Source: Alphaproteobacteria bacterium (GTDB lineage Bacteria; Pseudomonadota; Alphaproteobacteria; UBA2966). Taken from it: a stretch of 64,000 nucleotides of DNA. Under the pieces are notes generated by a model that made no database searches, was not told the origin of the DNA, and was given only the letters and a program-made list of their open reading frames with translations. Location: positions 17,453 through 81,452 of the forward strand of contig JABILA010000155.1 in NCBI GenBank assembly GCA_018654745.1. The letters run 5' to 3'. Both the position numbers and the translations under genes were made by a program. Positions 1 through 9,090 of the stretch are shown here, piece by piece; position 1 is the first letter of the stretch, and each line of letters starts with the position of its first letter.

Positions 1-1
1 G

Positions 2-1018
2 TCAGACCGATATGGTCGCCGGCCCATCCTGCAATTCGGTTTCGCACTTTTTGTCGGCGCTACAATATTGTGTGCTCTGGCGCCAACCATTGAAACACTG
101 ATCTGGGCGCGACTGGCGCAGGCGTCGGGGGCTTGTGTCGGCCAGGTGATTATGCGGGCGGTGGTTCGTGATCTTTTTGACCGCAGTGAAACGGCCAGCA
201 TGATGGCCAGCATCATATTGGCTATCGCCCTGGCCCCGGCAGCGGCACCGGTTTTGGGTGCCATTATTCACACCGCAATGGGCTGGCGCTGGAGCTTCGT
301 CTTCATCGCTTTCTTCGGGATTGTCGTCATGTTTCTGGCTTGGCGTTTTTTGCCGGAAACCCTGAAACCTGAAAACCGGATTTCGAGCGGCATAGGCACG
401 ATGTTGGCCGGTTACAAAATATTGCTGACGTCGCCAGCATTCCTTGGTTACTCGTTTTGTTCCATGTTCATTTTTGCCATGATGTTTGCCTTTCAGTCCA
501 ATGTTCCCTTTATCATCATTGAACAACTTGGCTATTCGGTGATGGAGTTCTCGCTTCTTGGCATGATTCCGGTCATTGGTTTTATTGCAGGCTCCTTCAG
601 CGCCGGTCGCTTCACACCCAGGTTCGGGGTTGATCGGATGATAACGATCGGCATGTCAATTACGGTCGCCGGTATGATGTTTATGTTGATCGTGGCGCTG
701 GTGTTACCCCTGTCAGCCTTGTCCATATTTGGATCGATGACATTTGTTGTTCTGGGCATGGGCATGGTGTTTCCTAATTCCAGCGCTGCCGCCGTCAGTG
801 TTCACCCGGAGATCGCCGGGACATCATCCGCCCTGACCGGGTTTTTACAGATGGCCGGTGCCGGTCTCGCAGTATCGTTTGTTGCCTTGCTGTCGACGGA
901 TACCCATATGCCGTTGATCTATTCCATGATGGGCTTTGCGGTCCTCTCGGCAATTTCTCCCTTTGTTGGCCGCATGCTGGAGCGGCGCACGGGCAAGGGT
1001 CAGTCCAACCCAAGCTGA
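2..1018 (+). CDS. MFS transporter, Bcr/CflA drug-resistance family (5' end lies outside window)
   Basis: Frame-2 translation from the first base reads ...GRRPILQFGFALFVGATILCALAPTIETLIWARL..., the conserved loop/TM3 region of Bcr/CflA 12-TM exporters. It is continuous with the listed ORF 68..1018, with no upstream in-frame stop, and hydrophobic helices run throughout. Confidence 0.8.
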   Translation, partial: SDRYGRRPILQFGFALFVGATILCALAPTIETLIWARLAQASGACVGQVIMRAVVRDLFDRSETASMMASIILAIALAPAAAPVLGAIIHTAMGWRWSFVFIAFFGIVVMFLAWRFLPETLKPENRISSGIGTMLAGYKILLTSPAFLGYSFCSMFIFAMMFAFQSNVPFIIIEQLGYSVMEFSLLGMIPVIGFIAGSFSAGRFTPRFGVDRMITIGMSITVAGMMFMLIVALVLPLSALSIFGSMTFVVLGMGMVFPNSSAAAVSVHPEIAGTSSALTGFLQMAGAGLAVSFVALLSTDTHMPLIYSMMGFAVLSAISPFVGRMLERRTGKGQSNPS

Positions 1019-1863
1019 CTAAAAAGCTCCTGCGCTGTCGTTCCGCTTTCGCGGATGCTTTCCAGGGAGCGGGCCTTGTGGCGTGTGGCCAGTCTGCGTC
1101 CGTCTTCCCCGACTACCAGTTCATGGTGAAAATAGTCCGGTGTCGGCAAACCCAGCAAGGATTGCAACAAACGGTGGACATCCGTTGCTTCAAAAAGGTC
1201 CTTGCCGCGGGTGATCAGATTGATCCCTTGCAAGGCGTCGTCGACCACCACTGAAAGATGATAACTGGTGGGCGTATCTTTACGGGCGAGCACGACATCA
1301 CCATGGGCCGTCGGGTTCGCCACAATGACTCCGGCCAATCTGTCGTGCCAGACAAGTGGTTCCTTGATCAGGGCCAGCGATTTTTCCACATCCAGCCGCA
1401 GGGCATGGGCATCTCCGGCAGCGATACGTGTGTTTTTTTGATCGCGGGATAAATGACGACAGGTGCCTGGATACAAGGCACCGTCCGGCCCATGCGGCGC
1501 GGAGTCGCTGCGGGCGATTTCGGCCCGGATATCGGCGCGGGAACAAAAGCACGGATAAATCACACCCTGATCCTGAAGCATTGAGATCGCGTCGGCATAG
1601 TCGTCCATATGATCAGACTGACGCCGCACCGGTTCCTCCCAGGTCAGGCCCAGCCAGGCGAGGTCTTCAAATATGCCAACCTCAAATTCCGCATGGCAGC
1701 GTTCCCTGTCGATGTCTTCAATGCGCAGCAGAAACCGGCCACCATTGTCCATGGCCTCACGCCAGGGGATGATCGCGGCCAGGGCGTGGCCTGAATGCAA
1801 ACGCCCGGATGGGCTGGGCGCAAACCGGGTGATCATTTCGGAACTGTCGTTTGATGTATTCAT
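1000..1863 (-). CDS. gluQ: tRNA glutamyl-Q(34) synthetase (GluQRS, YadB-like truncated GluRS paralog)
   Basis: 287 aa; N-terminal 'TRFAPSPSGRLHSGHA' class-I HIGH-type motif and the overall GluRS catalytic-domain pattern without an anticodon-binding domain. Confidence 0.85.
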   Translation of the reverse strand: MNTSNDSSEMITRFAPSPSGRLHSGHALAAIIPWREAMDNGGRFLLRIEDIDRERCHAEFEVGIFEDLAWLGLTWEEPVRRQSDHMDDYADAISMLQDQGVIYPCFCSRADIRAEIARSDSAPHGPDGALYPGTCRHLSRDQKNTRIAAGDAHALRLDVEKSLALIKEPLVWHDRLAGVIVANPTAHGDVVLARKDTPTSYHLSVVVDDALQGINLITRGKDLFEATDVHRLLQSLLGLPTPDYFHHELVVGEDGRRLATRHKARSLESIRESGTTAQELFSQLGLD

Positions 1864-1927
1864 GGAGGTGACAAAAGCTTTATTCCCGGCGACTATCTGA
1901 ATTATATCTTATGGAGCATCCGTCCCC

Positions 1928-2581
1928 TTGGCAAAGCATCCCGCGATATCAGTGACCCTTGATGATGCAGCACTGGCAAAAGCCTTGCGCGCCCTGTCGC
2001 GTCGGGACAAGCGCCTGGCACAGGCCATCAGGTTTGCCGGACCCTTGCCTGAGCGCAGTTTGTCCCGCGGATTTGCCACCCTTGTCAAAATTATTGTCGA
2101 GCAACAATTATCGCTGGCCGCAGCGGCAGCCATTCAGGCCCGGCTGGAGGCCGAAATCGGCGTGGTCACGCCCGACACTGTATTGTCGCGCGACGTTGCA
2201 CATTTGCGGGCCCTGGGGTTGGGGGCGCGCAAGGCCGAATATATTCAGGGGATCGCCGGGGCCCTGCAAACCGGTGATCTTGATCTTGTGCGTATCAGGC
2301 AATTGTCGGACGCGGAAGCAATCACCCATTTGACGGCCATACGCGGTATCGGGCCATGGACGGCAGAGGTTTATCTGTTATTTGCCGAAGGGCGCAGTGA
2401 CATCTTTCCGGCAGGTGATATCGCTTTGCAAGCTGCCGCACAGTTTTCTTTCGACCTGCCCGGGCGACCCGGAACGGATGCCTTGCGCGAGATGGCCGAG
2501 GACTGGCGACCCTGGCGTGGTGCAGCGGCACGGCTGTTATGGCACGTTTACCGACGCCTCAAAGAACAAAATAGATCCTGA
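1928..2581 (+). CDS. DNA-3-methyladenine glycosylase II family protein (HhH-GPD superfamily, AlkA-like short form)
   Basis: 217 aa; helix-hairpin-helix region 'LTAIRGIGPWTAEVYLLF' followed by a conserved Asp, typical of the AlkA/HhH-GPD base-excision fold. Confidence 0.7.
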   Translation: MAKHPAISVTLDDAALAKALRALSRRDKRLAQAIRFAGPLPERSLSRGFATLVKIIVEQQLSLAAAAAIQARLEAEIGVVTPDTVLSRDVAHLRALGLGARKAEYIQGIAGALQTGDLDLVRIRQLSDAEAITHLTAIRGIGPWTAEVYLLFAEGRSDIFPAGDIALQAAAQFSFDLPGRPGTDALREMAEDWRPWRGAAARLLWHVYRRLKEQNRS

Positions 2582-2584
2582 TCT

Positions 2585-3808
2585 TCAGATCACATTTTTG
2601 ACCTGCAAGGCGGCAATGGCGTCGTCATCCAGTTCCAGAATATCGCGCAGGACATCGTCGGTGTGCTCCCCCAGCACAGGTGGCCCATCGGTATATTCAA
2701 CGGGTGTTGCCGACAGATTGATCGGACTGCCGAGGATATCCATATGGCCTGCTTTTGAATGGGGCAGGTTGATCTTCATGCCGCGATGCTGGATTTGTGG
2801 GTCGTTAAAGACATCTTCGACGTTGTTGATGGGTCCACAGGGCACCGCAACTTCAGCCAGGATTGTCAGCCATTCGGCTGTGGTTTTTTCAGCCATCAAG
2901 GGCGTCAGCATATCGGATATTTCCGGCTGGTGCTGAATGCGTCCACTGCCTTTGGCAAAGCGTTCATCTTCGGCAACTTCCGGCATGCCCAGAACCTTGC
3001 ACAGACGTTCAAACTGACCATCGTTGCCGACGGCCAGCACGACATGACCGTCGCTGGTCTTGAAGGGTTGGTACGGCACCACGCTGGGATGGCGATTGCC
3101 GACCCGGACGGGCGATTCGCCGGTGGCCAGATACATCATGCCCTGGTTGGCCAATATCGCTGTGGCGCAATCCAGCAAGGCCATGTCGATATGCTGGCCA
3201 TCGCCGGTGCGCTCGCGGTGGGTCAGGGCAGCCAGAATTGAAATGGTGGAATAAAGTCCGGTGGTCAGGTCGGCGATAGAAACACCGGCGCGCATGGGCC
3301 CACCACCTGGCTTGCCGTCGGCTTCGCCGGTAATGCTCATCAACCCGCTCATGGCCTGGATCATATAGTCGTATCCGGCGCGCGGGGCGTAGGGACCATC
3401 CTGTCCAAAGCCGGTAATGGAGCAGTAGACCAACGAGGGATTATCGTCTTTCAGGTCATCGTAAGTAAGCTTGTATTTCTTGAGACCGCCGACCTTGTAG
3501 TTCTCAACCAGGACATCGCATTTATTTGCGAGGTCGCGGATCATCTGCTGACCTTCGGGCTTCGAGATATCGACGGTAACCGATTTCTTGCCACGATTGA
3601 TGGCCAGATAATAAATCGAATCCGGGGTGTCATTGCCGTCACTGTCTTTTGCCCAGGGCGGTCCCCAATGGCGGGTGTCGTCACCGGCACCTGGTTTTTC
3701 CACCTTGATAACCTCGGCCCCAAGGTCCGCCAGAATTTGCGTACAGGAAGGGCCTGCCAGAATGCGGGAGAGGTCAAGAACACGGATATGGGAGAGAGGA
3801 CCGGGCAT
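2585..3808 (-). CDS. CoA-transferase family III protein (CaiB/BaiF/Frc family)
   Basis: N-terminus 'MPGPLSHIRVLDLSRILAGPSCTQILADLGAEVIKVE' is the family signature. I place the start at the ATG at 3808 (rev-comp CAT 3806-3808) rather than the longer track ORF, because the family N-terminus begins there. Confidence 0.8.
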   Translation of the reverse strand: MPGPLSHIRVLDLSRILAGPSCTQILADLGAEVIKVEKPGAGDDTRHWGPPWAKDSDGNDTPDSIYYLAINRGKKSVTVDISKPEGQQMIRDLANKCDVLVENYKVGGLKKYKLTYDDLKDDNPSLVYCSITGFGQDGPYAPRAGYDYMIQAMSGLMSITGEADGKPGGGPMRAGVSIADLTTGLYSTISILAALTHRERTGDGQHIDMALLDCATAILANQGMMYLATGESPVRVGNRHPSVVPYQPFKTSDGHVVLAVGNDGQFERLCKVLGMPEVAEDERFAKGSGRIQHQPEISDMLTPLMAEKTTAEWLTILAEVAVPCGPINNVEDVFNDPQIQHRGMKINLPHSKAGHMDILGSPINLSATPVEYTDGPPVLGEHTDDVLRDILELDDDAIAALQVKNVI

Positions 3809-4016
3809 TGAAATTGATCTTTCTGAAGGGGGATTGTCTTGGGCCGGACAGCATAGACGCCAGATAAATTCGCCGCCAGACCCAATTAGAGAGGCTATAG
3901 ATACGATATGAGGTGATTTTACGCCGCCCACCCACATGATATTGAGACTAGAGGGTGGTGTTATAATTGATTACGCGTCAAAATAGGCCAAGCCAAGGAA
4001 CATAACGGAGATTTAA

Positions 4017-4562
4017 TTGTCACCTGAAAGTTGTCCTGCCCTGGTGCTGAATGCGGATTATCGACCGCTCAGCTATTTTCCGCTGTCGCTGCTGTCGTGG
4101 CAGAGTGCGGTGAAGTCTGTCTTTCTGGAACGGGTAAATATCGTTTCGGAATATGATACGGTCATTGGCTCGCCCAGTTTTCAGATGAAATTACCCAGCG
4201 TTGTGTCGCTCAAGCGCTATGTCAAACCGGCGCGCAAACCTGCTTTCACTCGATTTAACCTGTTTCTGCGCGACAGTTTCAGTTGCCAATATTGTGGCTC
4301 GCCCGACGATTTGACCTTTGATCACCTGATCCCCAGATCCCGTGGCGGACAGACGACCTGGCAAAATGTTGTCGCCGCATGCTCGCCCTGTAATCTCAGG
4401 AAGGGCGGCAAGATGCCCAAGCAGGCAGGCATGTTACCAAGGGTCTGGCCGTTCGAGCCCAGCGTCACCGATTTGCAAAAAAGTGGTCGCAGCTTCCCGC
4501 CCAATCACCTGCACGAAAGCTGGAACGATTACCTTTACTGGGATACTGAGCTGGAGCCATAA
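4017..4562 (+). CDS. HNH endonuclease family protein
   Basis: 'CQYCGSPDDLTFDHLIPRSRGGQTTWQNVVAACSPCNLRKG' is an HNH zinc-finger nuclease motif. TTG start at 4017 with a GGAG 7 nt upstream. Confidence 0.75.
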   Translation: MSPESCPALVLNADYRPLSYFPLSLLSWQSAVKSVFLERVNIVSEYDTVIGSPSFQMKLPSVVSLKRYVKPARKPAFTRFNLFLRDSFSCQYCGSPDDLTFDHLIPRSRGGQTTWQNVVAACSPCNLRKGGKMPKQAGMLPRVWPFEPSVTDLQKSGRSFPPNHLHESWNDYLYWDTELEP

Positions 4563-4586
4563 GGCGTTGCAACTGGTGGATATCTG

Positions 4587-5732
4587 ATGGACCAGGAAAC
4601 CCGGATCGCCCTGACAAAAAGGGTGTTCGAACATCTCGAAAACAAATCGACCGACAAGGCCGATGCCATCATGCGCAATCCGGCTTCAGCCTATACATCA
4701 CCAGACCGACTTGCCCGGGAACAGGAAATACTTTTCCGGCGGGAACCTTTGCTGATCACGCTCAGTTGCCAGATGCCAACACCGGGAGATTATGTCACCG
4801 ATGATAATACCGGCGTGCCGATCCTGGTGGTGCGGGGGGATGATGGTGCTGTTCGTGCTTTTCTTAATGTCTGTCAGCACCGGGCCTCACGCCTGGTGGA
4901 GGGCAGCGGGCATTTGCGCAAGAACCTGATCTGTCCCTATCACGCCTGGTCCTTTGACAGATCAGGAAAATTTGCACATGCGCCCGCAAAAGAAGATTTC
5001 AGCGGCTTTGATTTCGATAACTGCGCCCTGACCGAATTACCCTCGGCGGAATGCGATGGTCTGATCTGGGTGCAGCCCGAAGGCACTGGCAGCCTGGATA
5101 TCGACCACCATCTCGCTGGTCTGGCACCCGAGATCGCCAGTTACGGCTTTGCTGATTATCATCACTATGAAACCCGGGAAATAAATTGCGCGATGAACTG
5201 GAAGACCATCATCGACACATTTCTCGAACCCTATCATTTTGCCACCTTGCACAAGACAACGGTGGGTCCCTTGCTGTTTGGCAATCTATGTTTGATGGAC
5301 GCCTTTGGCCGCAATTTACGCGAAACCCTGCCGCGCCGGACAATCGTGGAATTGAAAGACCAGCCCGAACAAGACTGGGACCTGATCTGGCATACGGCCA
5401 TGGTCTATGTGTTGTTTCCCAACACCGTTTTTGTCATGCAGCGCGATCACGCCGAGGTCTGGCGCTGTTTCCCGGTTGACGATGACCCGGCCAAAAGTCG
5501 CGTGCTGATGGAATTCTATATCCCCGAAGCCATCCCCAACAAAAAGGCCTTGCTGCACTGGCAAAAGAATATGGACATGACGGTGCGCACGGTCCTGGAC
5601 GAAGATTTTCCTGTGGGTGAGGGCGCGCAGATTAACCTCGCAACCGGTGCCCTTGAAAGCGTGGTCTATGGCCGGAACGAACCAGCCCTGGTGCATTTCC
5701 AGCGCATGGTCAACGAAGCCGTGGGATCGTAG
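4587..5732 (+). CDS. Rieske [2Fe-2S] ring-hydroxylating oxygenase, alpha (catalytic) subunit family
   Basis: Rieske motif 'CQHRASRL...(17 aa)...CPYHAW' followed by a ~230-aa catalytic domain. No beta subunit or reductase gene is adjacent. Confidence 0.75.
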   Translation: MDQETRIALTKRVFEHLENKSTDKADAIMRNPASAYTSPDRLAREQEILFRREPLLITLSCQMPTPGDYVTDDNTGVPILVVRGDDGAVRAFLNVCQHRASRLVEGSGHLRKNLICPYHAWSFDRSGKFAHAPAKEDFSGFDFDNCALTELPSAECDGLIWVQPEGTGSLDIDHHLAGLAPEIASYGFADYHHYETREINCAMNWKTIIDTFLEPYHFATLHKTTVGPLLFGNLCLMDAFGRNLRETLPRRTIVELKDQPEQDWDLIWHTAMVYVLFPNTVFVMQRDHAEVWRCFPVDDDPAKSRVLMEFYIPEAIPNKKALLHWQKNMDMTVRTVLDEDFPVGEGAQINLATGALESVVYGRNEPALVHFQRMVNEAVGS

Positions 5733-5748
5733 CGAGGGGAGATTTGAA

Positions 5749-5958
5749 CTATCTGTTCCGTCGTCTGGTCGGCCGACGTTTTCGCCCGCCCGCAGCTTCA
5801 CGGCGATCATTCAGTTTTCCCAGTATCTCCAGACGCCAACTGTCCGGCGCGGCTCTCCAGTTTTTGATTTCATCCCTGGTCCGCCAGCAACCCGTGCAAA
5901 AATCATCATCGGGGTTCATCTGACAAACGGATATGCAGGGGGACTGAATAGTATTCAA
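5749..5958 (-). CDS. DUF1289 family protein (small Cys-rich, putative Fe-S/zinc protein)
   Basis: 'SPCISVCQMNPDDDFCTGCWRTRDEIKNW' is the DUF1289 signature. The proposed TTG start at 5958 has GGAGAG 6 nt upstream and gives MNTIQSPCISVC...; the track ORF extends further upstream, but the family is ~60-80 aa. Confidence 0.5.
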   Translation of the reverse strand: MNTIQSPCISVCQMNPDDDFCTGCWRTRDEIKNWRAAPDSWRLEILGKLNDRREAAGGRKRRPTRRRNR

Positions 5959-6043
5959 GAAACTCTCCGGGGAAACTGGTTCTATCTCATGACATGAGAT
6001 GGAGCCTTGGCTGGCAAAATCAAGGAATTGAATTTGAGCGCCG

Positions 6044-8245
6044 CTAGTTTTCCTGGTTTCCTGTAAGGACAACCTCAGGGTCGCCTTGTGACCATACTTG
6101 TTGCTCGCGGCCATATTGACGCCGGGCCTGGTATGTCATCTCGTCATCGAGATAGGTTTGAACTTCGCCGAGCGTAACCTTGCCGTCACCGTTGCCGTAA
6201 TCTTCAGCATCCGCAGCACCCTTCAAGGCGCGCAACAAGTGCTTTGTAAAAAGACCCTGGCGGGCCGCTTCATCCCAGCTGGCCAGCTGATCCCCCCGGG
6301 CGGCTGTAACAACAACCATCTTGCCGGTAGACCTGGGCATTTTGGGCGTGATGGAAATGCCGGAGGCCGAGCGCAGCAGCATCCCTTTGGGTGTGTTGCC
6401 GGAAAAACAGGCATCGATAAAAACCGTCATCGACCGGCTTTCGATCTTTGCCAGATTGCGGAACAACAGGTCGATGGGATAGCCGTTGAATTCCGCCAGA
6501 TCCGGGTCTCCATCAACGGGCAATAAATAACCCCGTTTGTCGTTTGATCCCGGCACACCATGGCCGGAATAAAACACCGTTACGTCGGATTTGTTCGGCC
6601 GGACGTAACCAAACAATTTGCCCTTGTGGGATTTTTCTGAACCGAAGATGGCTGTGAACTTCGCCTGTGAGGCATCACGCAGGTCGATGATATTGCCGTC
6701 CCGATAGCCCAACTGGTTCACCAGAAGGTCCCGCATGGCATCCGCATCGTTGTGGGCAAAGGACACCGCCGGCACTCTGTCGGCATAGACCTTGTTGCCG
6801 ATGATAACTGCCACCGCGTGTTTGTTCTCCGGTTGTCTGGCCAGAGCCTTGTATTCGGGCTCCGGCTCCGGTTTTGCGACCATTGATTTTTGTGGGGCGG
6901 GCCGGGCCTTCGCAACCTGTTGTGGCTGATGAAGTTCGGCCCCATATCGTCGCGCCATGGAAATAAAATCACTTGTCGGCTCGCGCAACAACATCAACGC
7001 CATTTCAAGTTCTTCGTCCGTATCGGGATCGGCGCGTTCGAACCTGATGTCAGGTTGAATGCCAGCCTTCGACATCGGCACGCCGGAGGGTCTGTAAAAC
7101 CTGCTGGTCGTCAATCGCAAGGCACCACCGCCGTTTAATGGTGAGATCGTTTGAACGGTTCCCTTGCCAAAAGTCCTGGTCCCTAACAACACGGCCCGGC
7201 CATGATCCTTCAAGGCACCTGCCAAAATCTCCGTTGCCGAGGCAGCACCGCCATTGATCAGGACAACAATCGGCAATCCATGCGCCAGTTTTCCCGGATT
7301 GGCGCTGAAACTTCTGCGGCTGGAGACCTTGCGGCCTTGATAGGATGTGACGGTGCCATGCTCCAGAAACATATCGGCGATTTTAATTGTCTGGTCGAAC
7401 AACCCACCAGGATTGTTACGCAAATCCAGCACCAGTCCTTTTGTTGTGTTGCTGATCTGGCTCAAGGCTGACTTCACGCCAGGGATGGCTTGTTGGGAAA
7501 AGGAGGAGATGCGGATATAGGCGATATCGCCCATGCGCTGTGTACGAACAGATTTAACCTTGATGATGGCGCGAACAATGGAGATGTCAAAAAGCTGATC
7601 TCGCCCCTGCCGCAGGATCGATAACGTAATCGCGGCACCAGGCGGGCCGCGCATGATCTGCACGGCCTCGGCAAGTGATTTCCCGGCAACAGCTTCGCCG
7701 TCTATGTGCGAAATTACATCCCCGGCCATGATCCCGGCGAGGGCCGCAGGCGTGTCGTCAATCGGGGCGATGACCGTCAAATGCCCGTCCTTGAGCGTGA
7801 GCTGAATACCAAGACCCCCGAACTGACCCTTGCTCGCAATCTTCATCTCATTGTATTTTTCCGGGCTCATATAACTGGAATGCTGATCAAGAGACGCCAG
7901 CATGGCATTGATCGCTGCTTCCACGATGTCTTCGCCACCGCCCGTTCCCGTCGAAATGTTGTTGTCACCCACTGCCACGAGAGAATCAAAATCAACGTCT
8001 CTCAGGTATTTTTGCTCGACCAGCTTTAACACTTCCGAAAGAACCGAAACCTTGTTGTCCAGCTGCTGCCCGGCATATCCCTGATGCCGGAACAGCGCCT
8101 GGCGCAGAACTTCAAGGTGCTGGCTGTCGAAGCGTGCCGACCCGTCAGCCCTGGCGTTTTGAGGCAAGCAAGTTGCCACAATCAATAACGCAAACCCGGA
8201 AATCACCGGTACGATCAACGAGGCAAACAGCTTTGGACGTTGCAT
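6044..8245 (-). CDS. Secreted fusion protease: S41 C-terminal processing peptidase (PDZ + Ser/Lys dyad) fused to a C-terminal caspase-like (C14/metacaspase) domain
   Basis: N-terminal signal peptide MQRPKLFASLIVPVISGFALLIVATCLPQNARA. PDZ 'GGLGIQLTLKDGHLTVIAPIDDTPAALAGIMAGDVISHIDG'. S41 core 'LVLDLRNNPGGL' with the Ser in 'GGAASATEILAGAL' and the Lys in 'TRTFGKGTVQT'. The C-terminal ~260 aa carry a caspase His 'VFYSGHG' and Cys 'FIDACFSG' (metacaspase-type D-A/S-C-x-S-G). Confidence 0.8.
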   Translation of the reverse strand: MQRPKLFASLIVPVISGFALLIVATCLPQNARADGSARFDSQHLEVLRQALFRHQGYAGQQLDNKVSVLSEVLKLVEQKYLRDVDFDSLVAVGDNNISTGTGGGEDIVEAAINAMLASLDQHSSYMSPEKYNEMKIASKGQFGGLGIQLTLKDGHLTVIAPIDDTPAALAGIMAGDVISHIDGEAVAGKSLAEAVQIMRGPPGAAITLSILRQGRDQLFDISIVRAIIKVKSVRTQRMGDIAYIRISSFSQQAIPGVKSALSQISNTTKGLVLDLRNNPGGLFDQTIKIADMFLEHGTVTSYQGRKVSSRRSFSANPGKLAHGLPIVVLINGGAASATEILAGALKDHGRAVLLGTRTFGKGTVQTISPLNGGGALRLTTSRFYRPSGVPMSKAGIQPDIRFERADPDTDEELEMALMLLREPTSDFISMARRYGAELHQPQQVAKARPAPQKSMVAKPEPEPEYKALARQPENKHAVAVIIGNKVYADRVPAVSFAHNDADAMRDLLVNQLGYRDGNIIDLRDASQAKFTAIFGSEKSHKGKLFGYVRPNKSDVTVFYSGHGVPGSNDKRGYLLPVDGDPDLAEFNGYPIDLLFRNLAKIESRSMTVFIDACFSGNTPKGMLLRSASGISITPKMPRSTGKMVVVTAARGDQLASWDEAARQGLFTKHLLRALKGAADAEDYGNGDGKVTLGEVQTYLDDEMTYQARRQYGREQQVWSQGDPEVVLTGNQEN

Positions 8246-8376
8246 CTCGAAAAAACTCCACAGAATTTTTTTCAGCTCTGATCATAAACCCCTGTCGCCA
8301 GATTTGCATCCTTGAGAAAGACAATTTAAAAGGGTAATTATTTAATTTTGTACTGGTTTAAGTCGTGAGGCGTAAT

Positions 8377-9090
8377 ATGGTGTCGGGGCAAAACAAGCAC
8401 TGGCGGTCAAGTGTTTCGTGGTTACTTTTGGTTCTGGTGAATGTCACAATTTTCGCCTACATGTTTGGTTTTGGAGAATGCGATGCGCGTTGTTCGGATT
8501 GGGAATATGTGAAAGACCTGACGCTGGATGGCAGCTCCAGCCAGTCAATAAACCGCTGGGACCACAGCCCAACAGTCACTGTCAAAGGCGGCACGAACGC
8601 AGAACGTGAAATGGTCGGTGGTGCCATATTTGAATTGAACCAGATGTTGTCGGGAACCGGTATTGCCGTGCGCATGACCCGCGATGATGTTGCCGACATA
8701 ACAGTGAACTTTGTGACGAGCGAAGTGCTTCGTGAACTGGCTCGGGATAACGACCTTGATGCCCGCATCCTTGGATTTTGCGGGACCGACGTATCTGACA
8801 ACGGCGTAATTCAAAAAGCCCAAATTGTTGTCTCAACAAATCTCACCCAGGGAAATAAATGGGGCACCGTTTTACATGAACTCGGCCATTCATTGGGCAT
8901 AACCGGCCACACGGAACGGTATCTGTCGAGTCTGTTCTTCAAGGACTTCAAGGGTGGCGCACTGTCTGACGGCTATTCAGCCGAAGACCGCAAACTCATG
9001 AAGTTTTTGTATGGGCAGGTGCAGGCCGGTGAGGATGATGCTTCGGCAGAGACGAAGTTCGACAGGTTTTGGATTGCAGAGGCACGTTAG
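8377..9090 (+). CDS. Membrane-anchored putative zinc metalloprotease (HEXXHXXGXXH metzincin-like motif; possibly DUF2927-like)
   Basis: N-terminal TM 'SVSWLLLVLVNVTIFAYMFGF' followed by 'VLHELGHSLGITGH'. ATG at 8377 has GAGG 6 nt upstream; a GTG at 8365 is an alternative start. Confidence 0.55.
   Translation: MVSGQNKHWRSSVSWLLLVLVNVTIFAYMFGFGECDARCSDWEYVKDLTLDGSSSQSINRWDHSPTVTVKGGTNAEREMVGGAIFELNQMLSGTGIAVRMTRDDVADITVNFVTSEVLRELARDNDLDARILGFCGTDVSDNGVIQKAQIVVSTNLTQGNKWGTVLHELGHSLGITGHTERYLSSLFFKDFKGGALSDGYSAEDRKLMKFLYGQVQAGEDDASAETKFDRFWIAEAR

Noticed and set aside
3809-3937. N-terminal extension of the CoA-transferase ORF
   Set aside because: The family-conserved N-terminus (MPGPLSHIRVLDLS) begins at the internal ATG at 3808, and the extension has no homolog support.
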